64,000 bases of DNA from Raillietiella orientalis (taxonomy: Eukaryota), in contig JAYWIR010000034.1 in the NCBI GenBank assembly GCA_036172245.1, forward strand, positions 186,001 to 250,000, in the 5' to 3' direction. Within the stretch, counting starts at the first letter, position 1. The number at the start of each line of letters is the position of its first letter. The translations under genes were made by a program, and so were the position numbers. The notes below the pieces were generated by a model. It saw only the letters and a program-made list of their open reading frames with translations, was not told the origin of the DNA and made no database searches. Below, piece by piece: positions 38,801-52,098 of the stretch.

Positions 38801-41800
38801 CGCTGGGTGTTTATTTATCCAAGCGGGAAAAGAGTAGGACGCCCGAAGGCATTCTGATGGCAGCGCCGGGATTTCCGAGCTCCAGGGCAAGGCAAGCAAA
38901 CGAAGGGGGGGGGGGGGTACGCCGCCGATGGGGCATCCTTTCCGCTGTGCTCAGTCGTAGGGGGGGGGAGGAAAGGGGTCGCGGCGCGGTCCGGACATCA
39001 GGATGGAGACAACGCAGGACTCTGGAAGAGCATGCTGGTGTTTCTTGTGGATGTGAATCGTCAGCATGAATGGAGGGAAGGAAACCTTTGGGTAAATCTT
39101 CACGTCCGGATGCGGGCTGCTCCGCTCTTTGTCGGAGGCAGTCCCTCAAGATTTCCGTGCGGATGACGGATGCGCCTCGGAGAGGGTCGAAGGAGCGGTT
39201 CCGGTAGGAATGAGCCCGTCAGGTTCCCTTCGTTGGGGAAGGGGGAGCTCGACGCTTACCTGTTCCCTGCGAAGTTTCCGTCAGGTTCCAGGAGGCATCC
39301 TTCGCGATGTTTGACGCTGGGAGAAACTCCTCCTCCTGCCAGCCACACTGTGCACCAAGTTTCGCGCCCTCCGATGCGAGCGCGCGAGTCGGGACGAAGT
39401 GCACGGCTCTCGCATTCGCGCTGTTCGCGTGCGACCTTTGCACCCGTGTGCTCACGACTTTCCTGTCGGAGCGGTGGTTCGGCGGATCCATTTGGGTCAG
39501 GTCAGGCGATTTCGAGCGAGTTCGTTCCCGAGAGGAGGGGAGGAAAGTTGCTTTCGGAGTGCGCTACGGGGGAACGACTCGGTGACCTCGGGAACCGAAA
39601 GCAGCGGTCAGCTCCCCCCCCCCCGTCTCTTTCTCCTGTCTTTTTCCGGAAGCTGCGTGATGCCACCACCGGTGCTCCCGCAGATTTTCTTCCCCCCCCC
39701 ACCGGAACCGACCCTGCCTTCCGCGCTCCGTGTCCTCACTCGGAGTGACGTTGTGATGAACTGCGGATCCCTCTTCGTGAGATGCGCTTGCCGCAACTTC
39801 CTGCAAAAACGATTCGACTTGCTTGCGATGCGAAGCACGGTCTCCCTCTCCACTTCCGGATGTTCCCTTCCCGTGATCTGTCTGGATCACGACCCTGCAA
39901 AGGATGGAACAGGAGGGATCACGTCCAACCCCTTGTGGATGGAGCTGGTTCCGCGCCGCAAATCCCACGGTGACTTTGTCTTGCGCCAAACTCCACCTAA
40001 GAGCCGCATGGTTTCCTTGGTGCTCTCCGATGAGATCGAAGAGGCCGCGTGTTTCCTTGGCGCCTGCTTGCATTCCACGTCGAAGGACCCGCGCTGGGAG
40101 CCGCTGCAGAACGTCTTGGACTGCGGTTTTCTTCCCTTGAGGTTCCACCGATGCGTGCGCGTCCGTCCGCCGTCGAGCGCGCTACTTCTCCCCCGTCAGT
40201 CCGATCGGAGGCAGGCGAACGACGCGCTCAGATGCGAGCGCTCGTTCGTCAGCCTTCGGCTCGTTCGTCTCGTCACGAACGAATTGGGGAAGGTGGGGGC
40301 GGCTGCGCATTTGTTGAACATCCCTTCCTTGTCTTCTTCGCCCTCGTTTCCAAGATGGGTTGCGTTTCGCCTTCTGCCTGGGAAGGATGGCGTCGATCTC
40401 CGCGTTTCGTTCTCCACGTTTTCGTTCCGCATTCGTCCGCTTCCCCATCCTGTCGCATCTCCTGCGACTGGATGCTGATGCTTACGTTTTTTTTTTTTTT
40501 CTTTCCCCTTCTCTCTTCCTTTCTTCATTTGAGTCTCATCAAAAAGATTCAGCCGATTCGCCCTTCGTGTCTCCAAAGCGCTCAGATCTTTGGAAGGCTG
40601 AATCGCGCTTCTGTTGTGAACTTCTTTCAGAGTGCCACTTAGCAACCGAATCAGCATCTCACCCTAAATCTCCTGCACGTCGCCTTGCTGTTGAGGGTGG
40701 AGTGGTGGTCGCAGGAAGCGCTGACTGGGAGTGCTGACTCTTGTGCAGCTGTAAGCCCCTTTTTTCTGGACTGCGGATCACAGAGAGCTGCAACCCGTTG
40801 CCACGGTTTCCAAGTGCGGAAGCTGCACGCAAACGCATCGGCCAGCTCGTGATAGAGAAGTGGATCCTGGTAGGAGAACAAGAGGCTCGTCTTCGGAGCT
40901 CTAAAAGTGGCCACGAGAGATGAGATTTTTACACGGGGATGCTGGGCGCTTCCATGTCTCACGTTACACCTTCGTTGCTGAGAGTCACGTGCTCTTTCTT
41001 TCCTTCGGCCGACCTCGAGCGGGCACTACCTCAGATCCACGTGGACGAGGTCTCCCTTCCGTGATTTGACTGCCTTTCTTCCAGCTCCCTTCCCCCTTTC
41101 TTCATCCCCACGAATCACATGGTTCCGCTTTCCGGAGAGTGGTCAGGTCGAATTAGGGAGCTTCCATCTTCGATGAGGCTTCCCGGAGCCAAACATCTCA
41201 CGAATCCGTCAATGTCACAGTTCCCGGTGACCGATCTGACACAAACACGTTGCTGCTCAACTTGTTGGTGAAAATCTCTTCATCCAATCTTCTGTACCTC
41301 TAGGAAATGTACCGCGGCATCAACACTGCGTGTACTGTCGGAGGCCTCCATTTCAACAGTGTATACAGAGCGCGCGTGAAATCTTTCAACAGCATTGGGA
41401 CCAGTTTGTACAGCGACACAGTTGCCATGGAGACCTCTGAAGGTGAGTTTGGAAGAAGGCGTCTTGTTTTACGAAACCTACCTTCCTGCCGCGGTGCTTC
41501 CGGATCATCCCGAACCACATTCTCTGTGGGCGCGCTCGAAGAAGTGACCCTTTTATCCCTCCTCCCTCCGTCGCAGGCTGCTGCTGCTGGCTTCTTGTTG
41601 TGTCATGAAAACGCACCAAGATGCTAGCAAACAGCGAGGACAGGGCGAAGAGATGGGCACCATTCCTTCGTGCAGGGACGCGAACCCCCCTTCGGAAGCG
41701 CTTTTGGTTTTTTCGCAGCTCCCTCTCACAGAGGTCGCCCGGTGACACCCTCGTCTCCGAGGGAACGAGAGGGTGCTGAAGACCGCGGCGAGGATGCCGG

Positions 41801-44800
41801 AGCCCCCGGAGGATGACTTGAGGCACTTTTCCCTCAGGATGGACGAGCGCTCCTCGGGAGAGCTGAATACCTCTGATCCAACGAGGTGAATTCCTCCAAG
41901 AAGACTTACGCGTTGCAATATCCGCCCTCAGAGAGCGTTCCGTCCGCCCCTGCACCAGAAGTCGTAGGTATCAGGTGTCTACAAAGGTGGCGAAAGGTGT
42001 GGTGGGCGCCTCGTAGGGGGGGGGGGAAGGTATGAGGAGAGGGAGAAAGGGGTGGGTGCTCCGGATCCCAGACTCTGTGCATCACGGATGCTTCCGATTT
42101 CTTTCTAACGATGACCTTCTCTTCTCGAAGAAGAGGATGCTTCCGCAGATTTGCAGTAGTGTAACCGATGGAAGACGCCGAGGCATCAGAGCAATAGGGA
42201 GATGCTAAAGAAGCAGCTGACGGCGGCCCTGGCTGGGATGGCCAAGTTGGTTCCAAAAGAGCCGGAGGTCTTCGGGTGGATGCTCAGAGCCTCTCACGTC
42301 CAGAGGAGAAGGATTGATCCAGAGAGGCGAAGAGTGCAGCAGCCTCCCAGATACAACCGGAAGCCATTTCACCGAATTTGAGGGTTTCTCGCCCCAGGGA
42401 CATTTGGAATGCTCGAAATGGGCTCTCTCCCCTCCGTAGTCTCGAAGTCTTCTGCCGGGAAGTGCAGCTGAGGGAAGGGGAGGAAGGCGGGGGAGCCGCT
42501 GCCGTACCAGGGATGAACCAAGGATGCGAGAGACAGCGTTCGTTTCCTATGGAGCCCATTCGGGATTCGGGGCGGGGTGCATGCAGCCGCCGCTGCCTGA
42601 AGGCTGAAGTTACGGAAGTGCGCGCTTCGGACGGGATGACGTAACTGGTGGACGGACGCGAGCCTACGCTCTCCCCGTTCCTCCTGAAGGGTGTCCTCCT
42701 TCCCAAGTCACGCCTCTCCCCCTCTCCCTTCCTCTCTTCCTTCCATCCCCCTTCCTTCCTATCTGGCACTCTGCCGTTCCGGGAGATCTAAAAGGAACAG
42801 TGTGGTCCCTCCGCCCTTGGCATCCAGGATGTACATGCCCGCCTGCCTTTCCAGTGTTGGCTCATGTCTTGGACGCTCGCGCGTCTCATTGGTAATCCCC
42901 ATGACTCTTGAAAACAGAGTGGGGCTGTCTGAATCTCGTTGAAGATACGCGTGGTCGCCTTCAGGTGCTTCCGAAGCTCTTAGGAAAGTCCTTGCATCTA
43001 CTATTCCTCTTCCTCCTCATTCTTCCCTATCCGATTCGATCGATCGCTCCCGTCCGTCCGTGCGCTGCAAAAGTCCAGGGCAGCGCGTTGCTGCTGCCTG
43101 TTGATTGTCTCTTTCGGCGGCCTCCCTCCCTCCTATCCCCCACTCGTTGTCGCAGCGGCGGCGCACCAACTTGCATCTTCCGAGATGTTCGCTTCCCCAT
43201 TTAACTCCATCTGTTTCTGTTTATCAGTAGCCTGGTTCACATTTGATCCTCTCAGGACCCACAGAGAGATCTCAGTCGTCAATGACGGCTATACCGTCGT
43301 CACCCAGAGCTTCGACCAGAGGGTGTCTCTGGGCACCGTCGGATTCTCCCGCGGAGTCCACTACTGGGAGTTTACGATCGACCGGTACGACGGCACCGCG
43401 GATCCCGCTTTCGGCGTCGCCAAGACCGGGGTGTTGAAGGAGCACCTTCTAGGTGAGTCTGAAGTTCCATGATCGCGCGCGCGAGCGGAGCTGGCTCGGT
43501 AGGAGGATTCTCGGTGAAAAATTCCCTGACGCACGCCACCCTGCGCCTGTCTCTCGAACGCAGGGCGGGAAGGAGGTTGTGGGAACAAAATGAAGCCGAT
43601 CTATGCGTCCGCAGCGAGGAATTCATTGCTCCTCCGCTGGACGTGGACCGAAGGAAAGGTCTCCCGGGAGTGCGGCTTACCCCAAGCTTTCTCCCCGTCC
43701 CCCTTCCGTATCGTGACTGACACCCATCGAGGCGTGCAGGAACCCCAGCCGACGATTCCACTCGAAACATCTGCAGGGCAACTTCGCCTCTGCTGCGTGG
43801 ACGGGAGACGCGATCGTGTCCTGGGAGGCCCTGTGCATCCATCCGGGTCAGGAAGGATAGCTGGAAAGGGGAGTGACGTCCGAGGTGGAGATCAGATGAA
43901 GGAAGTGGAAAGTTGTTTGAGAGGTGGGCTGCTCGATGCTGCTGCCTCTGCGCGTGGTACTGAGCGTTGCGGGTTTTAATCCCCACGTGAATCCCCAAGA
44001 AATGGTTGCGTCGTGGGTTTCGAGTCCCCACAGGATGGTGCTGGCCGGCCTGTGGGCTTCAGGTGCGGCACTGGTGGAAGCCGGAAACCGGATGTCCCCG
44101 TTAATTGGCCGGGATTGGAAGTTGACCGTCTAGGATACTTCCAGGAATCAAGAAGCTTTGGGCGAAAATGAAGCCTTCCCCCCCCCCCCCCTCTCTCTCT
44201 CTCTCTCAGGACTCACCATCACATTTTCCATGGAGCCAGTTGATACCTCCCTCAGGGAGTTGCCTCTCCAGAGTGTAAAAAGCGCGCTGCATACATTGGG
44301 GAGCGCCCTTCAGGGAAATTCGGAAGCGCCTTTTCGAAGTTCTCTTCAGAGGAAGAAACAGGGAGAGAATCCTTTCCGGGTTCCCTTCGGAGAAGAAATG
44401 AGGGTTATCCCTTTCCTGAGGTTCCTTTCAAAGCGAATAAGCAAGAGATTCCCTTAGGTGACAACCAGGGTGGAGGGTCCCCTCCGGGATTCCCCTACCA
44501 AGCGTAAGAGAAATGGACTCCTTCCTCCGGAGCCTTCTTAGGTTCATATAGTGGCCTCCACGTGGCGACCCTTCAACTTGAAGGTTATTGCACGCATCAT
44601 CAGGTGGCATTTACAGCTAAAGAACTTCCCCCAAGCACTTGGCCAGCCAAAGAAAAAGATGCCCCCCCCCCCCTCCAGGAAAAAAGCTGGAAGGAAAGGC
44701 TGGAAGGTTCGGAGAGGAAAGGCGTGGAAATTCAAGCGACTGGAAACTCTGGCATTTAAAGAGGCAGGCGGAGCGCAGTCTCGCTGCAGATGCAGGGATG

Positions 44801-45863
44801 GATGCACGCCGGTCTTGGGGGCCGTCTCGAGTCTCAACTCTCATCCGATCCCCGGAACCGTTCCTTTGTGCGTCCTTTGCTTTCATTTCCGTGTGATGCT
44901 CCTTTTTCCGCTTCCTTCTTTCCTCTTCAGCGCGGGGCTGGTAGCTCCATGCCGAGGGAGCGCTTGGAAATAGCACCGTCTTCCCAGGGCTGAAGTCCAG
45001 AAAGCTGCGGGGTCTTCCGCACTTTGTGAAGCACAGCAGAAAGGAGGGATTGATGTCCCGAGTTGTCGGTCGGTTCCAAGGGTTCGTTCCAGCTCCCGAT
45101 TTTCAATTCGGAGAAGGAATGAACACTTAGACAGACGCGGACGCGTCTTCGGTTCGTCTCCCTGCGCGCACGAGTGATCGATGGGTCCCAGCTGCCCAGG
45201 GGAGGAGGTGCATCTTCGCGTCAGGCATAGATCGGAGTTGAGACTAAAGTAAGCTGCGCACGCATGTGGTGCTGCTGCACCACGAGCATCTCCACTCTTT
45301 TTTTTTTGAGCTGTTTGTCAGCGCGCCCTGCTCGAACAGCTGTGTCCTGCAAGCGTGTACCGATTCTTCTGGTGCACAGCGGATTGGGAGAGCCACCGTG
45401 TGCAGGGGAGCTTTTTGCCGGACATGAGTATCACCCCAACCGTGACCCTAACTCCGGTCAGTGAGCGGCTCTGACGTCACATTTCTTGTTGTTACGTTGG
45501 CAGGTGACATGCCCTACATTCTAGGTAAAGATGACCTTGGATGGGCCATGTACATAGATTCCACGAGGTCATGGTTTGTTCATGGTGACTGTCACGACAA
45601 CCGCGTAGACGGTGGCATCAGTGTGGGAACAACCATTGGTGTCTTGCTGGACTTGGATCGGAAGTGCATTCGATTTTATGTGGATGAAGAACCACAGGTG
45701 CGGTTCAGCATTGTGACTGGTAACTCATTCTTCGTTCCAGGGCCCTATCGCTTTTACTGGATTAGAAGGCATCTTTTATCCAGCAGTCAGTATTAACCGA
45801 AATGTTAGTGTAACTCTGCATACGTCCATCGGTCCCCCTGACAATTATGAAAACCACTTTTAA
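29883..45863 (+). CDS. Trim9: TRIM9/TRIM67-like E3 ubiquitin ligase (RING-Bbox1-Bbox2-coiled coil-COS-FN3-SPRY), about 672 aa (684 with microexon)
   Basis: Exons 29883-30614, 31809-31904, 33120-33353, 33410-33566, [34365-34400 optional], 37781-37920, 41304-41442, 43228-43452, 45525-45697 (alternative start 45504), 45741-45863. All GT-AG; 2019 nt in frame. Motifs: MEEELRCAAC...SEADSG RING; CQLCE...CEQCEIFYC...HPARGPLARH B-box; LELDDGSGGSFK/EMYRG...GLHFNSVYRARVKSFN FN3; GFSRGVHYWEFTIDRYD...GKDDLGWAMYIDSTRSWF SPRY. Confidence 0.95.
34365..34400 (+). CDS. Putative 36-nt frame-preserving cassette microexon of Trim9 (ASQDGSSSIHVS)
   Basis: Long pyrimidine tract ending CAAG at 34364, 36-nt exon, CAG|GTAACT donor. 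Phase 1-1 matches the flanking exons; no stop codon. Confidence 0.6.
43920..44762 (+). mobile_element. SINE-like element copy B (diverged), inside a Trim9 intron
   Basis: Shares TGCGTCGTGGGTTTCGAG, TGGCCGGGATTGGAAGTTGA, TTCCAGGAAT, GGTTCCCTTCGGAGAAGAAATGAG, GACAACCAGGGTGGAGGG and AAAAGCTGGAAGGAAA blocks, in order, with copies A and D. Boundaries approximate. Confidence 0.75.
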
Positions 45864-45927
45864 GTGTGCCTGAAGCCATACTCTTGTATATTGTATTATC
45901 TGTAGATCTCTAATTAGACAGATATTT

Positions 45928-45933
45928 ATTAAA
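45928..45933 (+). promoter_or_regulatory. Candidate polyadenylation signal (ATTAAA) of Trim9
   Basis: ATTAAA about 65 nt after the stop codon, followed by a T/GT-rich downstream stretch near 45950-45965. Confidence 0.4.
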
Positions 45934-48900
45934 CGATTTTGCAAGTGCGTAGTTTTTTTTGTGTGCAGGTGCTGTTACAGATCACCATTTCCATGATCAG
46001 CCTTTTTTCGACTTCTTCGTTCCACCATGCCTTCGAGACTTTGATTTCGTTTTTTTTTTTTTTTTTTTTTGCAGTCCTCTCTTACATCCTTCTTCAGCCT
46101 TGAATACAACAGCATTCGTAAAAGGCTCGCCCAGATTCATTGTCTCAGAACGACGTATTCCCTCATTCATCTATTCTTTGCATACGTGTGCAGAAACTGC
46201 AATGGGGTTTTGAAACATCATCGTGCATGGAAGTAACGTCCGTAGATGTGATTATTCACATGGAACAGTGCACTTGTTGTTACGATACCGGATGCTGCTC
46301 CTGGTTCACTGAAGAGCTGCGCCCATAATTCCGTGTGCCAGTCACTGTAAACATGTACAAATTCCGAGGATTAATTTTCACCTTTTGCTCGATATCTGTT
46401 ACTCCAGGAACGCAACCGAAGCTTGCGCTCGGGAGCTTCTTCTCCAGATGGTTGTCATGGGTAAATAAAAGCTTTCTTTCATGTAACAAAAGAGCTTGCA
46501 GAGGCCGCCGGATGCGAAAAGTCGACAGACTGAAAATTTCGCCGAGATTTTTTAGCTTTCACAGAGCCCTCCGTGTAACTTGTCAGCAGTACCGAAGCTT
46601 GAAAGAGGTCTGGGGCTTTCGGGAAAAAACTCGGGGACGATTTGCAGCAAGCTTCTGCCGTGCACACTTCCAAGAGGGATGATTTATAATAGGTAATCGT
46701 TTACGGATCCGTTGTGCCGTTAAAGTGAACTCCTGTTACAACTTCCTGTGGAGGCGCTTTCAACCCTCGGGTTTAAATTAGTAAGAAGAGGAAAAGGAGG
46801 AAACACAACGCATGACAAAGGCTTTAATGCGGAAACGCTTGTGGCGTTATCTCTTTGCCATGGAACTGCTGCCGAGTTCCTGAAAGTTCTGAGATAACGT
46901 GCTTTTGCCCTACAGGATCGGTACTGCAGCAACGATTAGAAATTTTACAAAGATCTCAAAGCTGGTAGCATTTTTCTTCGTTGTTGCAGCTTTGCTGCAA
47001 TGTAGTCATGGTAACGCGTGAAGACGCACGGGCACCTTGGCCATCACTCTCCAAGCTGCACTTGCCACCATCGTTTCAATACTGCCATGTATTCGGATGA
47101 TCCCGCTCCTGCTTTGAAGCAAGTGGGCTAGAGAAGCAAAGATCTGATCGAAAACATTTTAAGTGGGATCGCATGTCGCCAAAATGGAGGATCACCGTTG
47201 AGCAAACATCATTTCGCTCGCTTATTGACGCTCCGAACGATTTGTCGTGATGTACCGCTTCGGCTACTTGCGTTGCACGTTCTCCATGTGATCAGCACGT
47301 GATAGCTAGGGTTTGTTCTTCAACCTTTCTTGTTTATGCAGAAGGACCAGGAGATGATGAATTCGATCACTCGGCTCCATGAAGTCTCGGTGCAGTTTTC
47401 GGATGGCTCGAAAGAGGTCCGTTTGTGAAGGCGAACCTCTTCAGCAAATCGTCTGTGGCAGAGTCCACTGAATATCCAAAATCATTTGTCCTTGAATCCT
47501 CGTCGACGAAGACGATGCTTGGGAAATAGTTGGGAGTATCGCACCTAATGAGCCTTGTAGACTCTCCCGTTTCCCATCATGTTGGAATTTACTTATTTCC
47601 GAGGTCCCATTTTATTTTTTTTTGTTTGTGTGTGTGTATGTGCACGTGTGGGTGCGTCGAGTCATGGAAAGCGGATACGATTGCCAAGAATCCCAAGAAA
47701 GCGCCGCTGGATTTCATGGTCATCTTACTTTCGTAGCATCGGAATCTGGGCGTATTCATGGTTCATTCGAGGAGAGGTAACTCCTCATCCATCAGTGGCT
47801 CATTCTGGGTGTTTTCACAGAATGCAGGAATTTCAGAAACGATCGCTTGATGTACGAATGGAGACGGTACGGGTCTCGAGCTGATGTCGAACTGCAAGTG
47901 CGGTTTGAGTGAAGAGTTCACGACGAGAGATGCAGATAATCAAAGGATCGAGTGCCAGATGAAAATATTTTCCTTCAGAATTCTCCTTCGAAGTAAATTC
48001 TTCTCTCGGAGAGAATATCTAAGTATCAAGAGGAAAAAGTACCAGGAAATATCATCATCTTCCCGAACGGGATGGTGGCGTTCTCCTTGCTGCCTCGGGT
48101 GCTGACGGCTGCTCCACGGTTTCTCACAGCCGGCGCCTCAGAGACTTCTGTGGGCGGCATGCCTCCAGGCGACCACAAATTCAGACAAGAGCCGAATTTG
48201 TGGCCTACATCCTACATGTCTTCGAGGACGCCACTGGCCTCTTCCTAGGAAATGCTCGACTACGAGGCACAGGCGGGCAAGGATCATTTTCCTGGGAGCA
48301 TCTTTGTTTTCAGGTGAAGTTCATCACCTCACGTCAAAAGAGTCTGGATTTTGAAGACGCTGATCTGATGCGATTCTCATCAGCTCTCAGGAAAGGTGCT
48401 TGAAGGTACTTCGTGCAACCGAGTTCTGCATCCGTAGTGAAAACCAGACGTACAGATTTCACAACAAACAGATCTGGGGGCAGGAAGACTTCGTCGTTTG
48501 TTTCCATCCAGGTATGGAGAAAGGAACGGTAACGAGATCCGCAGGTTTGCGGATCTCGAGTGTTACAGAGGCCATGGAGTAATTCGAAACGTTCCCACAG
48601 AAACGAGACTGTACCGAATCTGCTTCCACAAAGCTGCTTTTGCAACAGCCTCCTGGTTACGAATGACAGTGCCTTCCCCAAACACAAGGGTTTGGAAGAA
48701 TGTGGTATTATCTGAGAGCAAAAACGATATGCTCGACTGGTGGGAAGAGGGCAGGATTGTCATCATCTTTCGTGTTGAGGTGCTGCTGCATTCCCAAGGT
48801 GAGCGCAGGAGCACATTTCGTGTAGGGACACGAAGCAGAATCCTTCGAGGACTCGGACGTACAATGCCTTTTCCAGCTGCAGGTTAGGAGGAATTTGGTC

Positions 48901-50653
48901 CGAAATTCCTCTTCAGCTGATTGGGAATTGTGAAGTGCACAGGAAACGTATGCCTCACCGATCTCCACGTTCTGCTCTTTCTCAGGAGGAGTTGCAGGTA
49001 GCGTTGCTGCGGATGGGGAGAGGGGCTGCAGGGGAAGGGATGACCTGCGAAGTGCCAGGATACTGAAACTTCGCCAACGTTCCCTCTCCCCGATTCAGGG
49101 TCAGCCAGAGCATGCTGGTTTGGGCACCAAGGAATCTGGAGTTTCAGGAGCGAGGACTCGAGGGGATACGAACGAGCGTCGTCGGGGAAATCCGACTTCG
49201 TGGAGAGTCCCAGACTTCCAACTTTTTGTGTCATAAGCCGGTGAGCCGACGTGTTTCATGCCTCCGAGATCGGAAGACCCATCAAGCCGTTTGGAAAAAT
49301 TCGAGTCCTAACTGCACAAAGTCCTTGAACACTTGATTTTCTTGCCTGCGTTCCTCTTCCTGCGTGCTTTCTCGAATCTTTTCCCGCAGTTTTCTGGAAT
49401 TTTTTCTTTCTTTAGGGACTGTCAGTAGAAGAACCGGTGGACCGCAGTGTGTCTTCGAGGGACTACGATGGTGCTTTCGAAAAAAGCGTGATTTTCTGGA
49501 ATTCACTCTGGTTCAAACAGGCATCCTCTCACCTTGATTTTCTTTTTTCCCTCGCACCCTGACGTGAGTTGTAGCTCCTTAGCAACGCTTCATTTATCCA
49601 TATTTTACGAGTCACTGCATTGCTGCTTCTGCTGAACTGCAGTTCGAGGATCTCGTGGAACATTTGTGGTGAGAACATCTTTGGGGTCACGGGAACCTCC
49701 CAAGGCATTCACGTGCCCAGAAAATCCTCATTTTCAATGAAGCGGGGATTCGGATCCCGAAAAACGCCTTGGTAAGCATTGCAAGTTCTCCCTAACTCCG
49801 AGTGCGCCCCCGAGTTTCCTATTAAGCCGTGAGGTGGGACAACTTTTTGATGTTGTTCCTGTCCTCTGGCTAGATGCTTCCCACATAAGTCTCCAATGTC
49901 AAATCGAGACCTTTTTGGTCAACTGGATTTCGTGTCGGGGTCACAGGCAGTGCTTCTGTGAACCCACAGATCACAGTAGGGGGATTCAGCATTGCAGCTA
50001 TGAAACGTGCCTGCAACTGGCGACCAATCTGGAAACATTGCATGCCCAAAATGTCTTCAGAAGCTGATGACCACCGTTTTGACGTCAGGCCATTGTTAGA
50101 TGGAGTCAACGTTGATACTCATGTAGTTCTAGGAAGAGTTGCAGCCTAGACTGTAGCGTTTTCCTCGCAGAGAGTCGGCCTGCAAAGATTAACAGTTTTT
50201 TTTTTTTTGCTGGTTCAGATCCATAGGGTAAGAAAACGATGCAAGAAGCCGTCTCCTTAGGGGTAACAGAAACGAAAAGCACATTCGAAAAGTAACGTAT
50301 CATTAAAAGTTTCACGCGCGCAGGCAGTTACTTCAGTCATATGTAAGAAGTAATAGAGCTCAATAGATGGGATTTTTACTTCTTTCTTGGATAGGAACCA
50401 GAAATACGCTGGGCTCCTCGACTTTACGAGCGCGTCGTATTTCAAGGCACAGCGCTTAATTTGGGCCCTCGTAAGTAGAAACAAACAGATTCCCCCATTG
50501 GAAATGATGCAGTCGCCTGAGGTCGTGCACGAAGCTCCTTCAATCTGTGTAATCGTACAGGTTAAATACACCAGGCGATATAAAATAAACAAATATCATG
50601 AAACGAGTCCATGTTTGTATGCGTGCAATGTGTTACACGGATACATGCAAATA

Positions 50654-51502
50654 CAGTGCACGCTCGATATAGTTACCTTTGATAAAAGAGACTTTTGACA
50701 TAAGCAACCCTTGATATAGTCAACATTTCGATTTTTGTGTCATTCGATAAAAGAAAGTTTTTTTGCATTACACTGAAAGATGTGGCTTATATGTGGCAGT
50801 AGAGTCGTGGAATGAAATTCCAAAGAGCTTGTAATTGCTATTGTAATTGCTTTTAGGCATTTGTATTCATCAGCTGAAGAAATTGAGCTGAATTTACCGA
50901 TCATCTATTTTTCTGATGAAGATGACACACCCATTGCAACACTATACAATTCCATAATAAGGGAAAATGTAGCAAGTGACTCTGAGGCTATGGAACCGGC
51001 GGAAGGAGTAACTAAATGAAATCATGCTCATGATCTGGATACCCTTATGAACGCTCCTATGGAGCATGCAGAAGAGGATTTAGGTGAGAGCAGGAGTGTT
51101 CCAAAGCTTGATATTGACGAAGTTATTGACCACTCATTCAGATTAGCTGTCGAGTGGTCAGACAGTGTCAGCCCCTTCCCGTTCGTGATGTTCGTCTCCT
51201 GAGATGAATACAGAAAAAAGCAATCGTGAAGAACCTTGAATAAAATTTTATATCGTGCCGTCATCATCATTTACCATACACAGTATCATTATTTTTACTT
51301 CTGTCATGTTGCTAAATTTGTTCATTTGATTATAAAAATTCATATTACTGTTCAACACTTTGGTTTCTTTTATTTAATTATCTAAAATTATTATTATTTT
51401 TTTATTTCGACTACTTAACTCGATACAATCAACAACATTCTATAAAGGCCGCATTTTTAACGTTTGGATTCCAGCAGAGGTGACTGTATCGAATGTGCAC
51501 TG
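50654..51502 (+). mobile_element. Tigger/pogo-type (Tc1/mariner) non-autonomous deletion derivative, 849 bp
   Basis: 25-bp TIRs CAGTGCACGCTCGATATAGTTACCT / reverse complement CAGTGCACATTCGATACAGTCACCT (21/25 identical), TA on both sides. Internal remnant TLKDVAYM...ESWNEIP resembles the pogo DDE C-terminus. Confidence 0.85.
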
Positions 51503-52098
51503 TAAATGCAAGAAACTACTTAAAATAGAGCAAACCTAGATGACCATTCGTCTCTGTTGTCGACATGTAGATCGGTAGAATTCATTTTGATGGAATATAT
51601 GGAATATTCACAGTTTCATTCAGAGAGGACGAGAAACGAATAGGGACCCTCCCCTCCACTTCGAAGTCGGCATATTGCATACTGCGCCCCATGGCCTGAA
51701 GATACCAAAGGTATAGAGATCGAGCAGTTTTTCGTTGACATTCGGAGCCAGGGAGACCTTTTCCCGCGTTCTTGTCTCCCGGTGTGGGTCGTTTGTTTGT
51801 TTGTTTACGCAGAGAGGTCCGAGAGCGCTTCCATTGCTGTTAGGGATGCTGATGAGCATAGATCATCCCAAGAAGTGCCATTCTGAAACACTGAACGACG
51901 AAGTTCCCGGAAGTTGTCTTTCCAAAGGAAACAGGAAGAGCGTCCTGAACTGCAGCTGCTGAAAACACGTGATCGTCGCTTATCAGTTTGACCCATCCGA
52001 GCTCCAAACGAAATGATTTGACCGAAGGGAGTCGCGCAGAGCTCCTCTCAGCCTTTTGAAGACGACAGGAGCGGCTGGGATCAGCAGATGACCTGTAC

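Noticed and set aside
43210..43227. TCTGTTTCTGTTTATCAG resembling U2 nt 39-53
   Set aside because: It is the polypyrimidine tract and acceptor of a Trim9 intron; the similarity is short and coincidental.
29700..45000. Many long overlapping ORFs on both strands (e.g. 29706-30899 -, 31011-32141 +, 35892-36992 -, 39399-40478 +)
   Set aside because: Low-complexity Arg/Pro/Gly/Ala-rich translations expected from stop-poor GC-rich DNA. Only the spliced Trim9 exons show domain motifs.
48500..50150. Scattered RT-like words (DWWEEGRIVII, NWRPI)
   Set aside because: Probably old non-LTR debris, but motifs are isolated and boundaries cannot be set.
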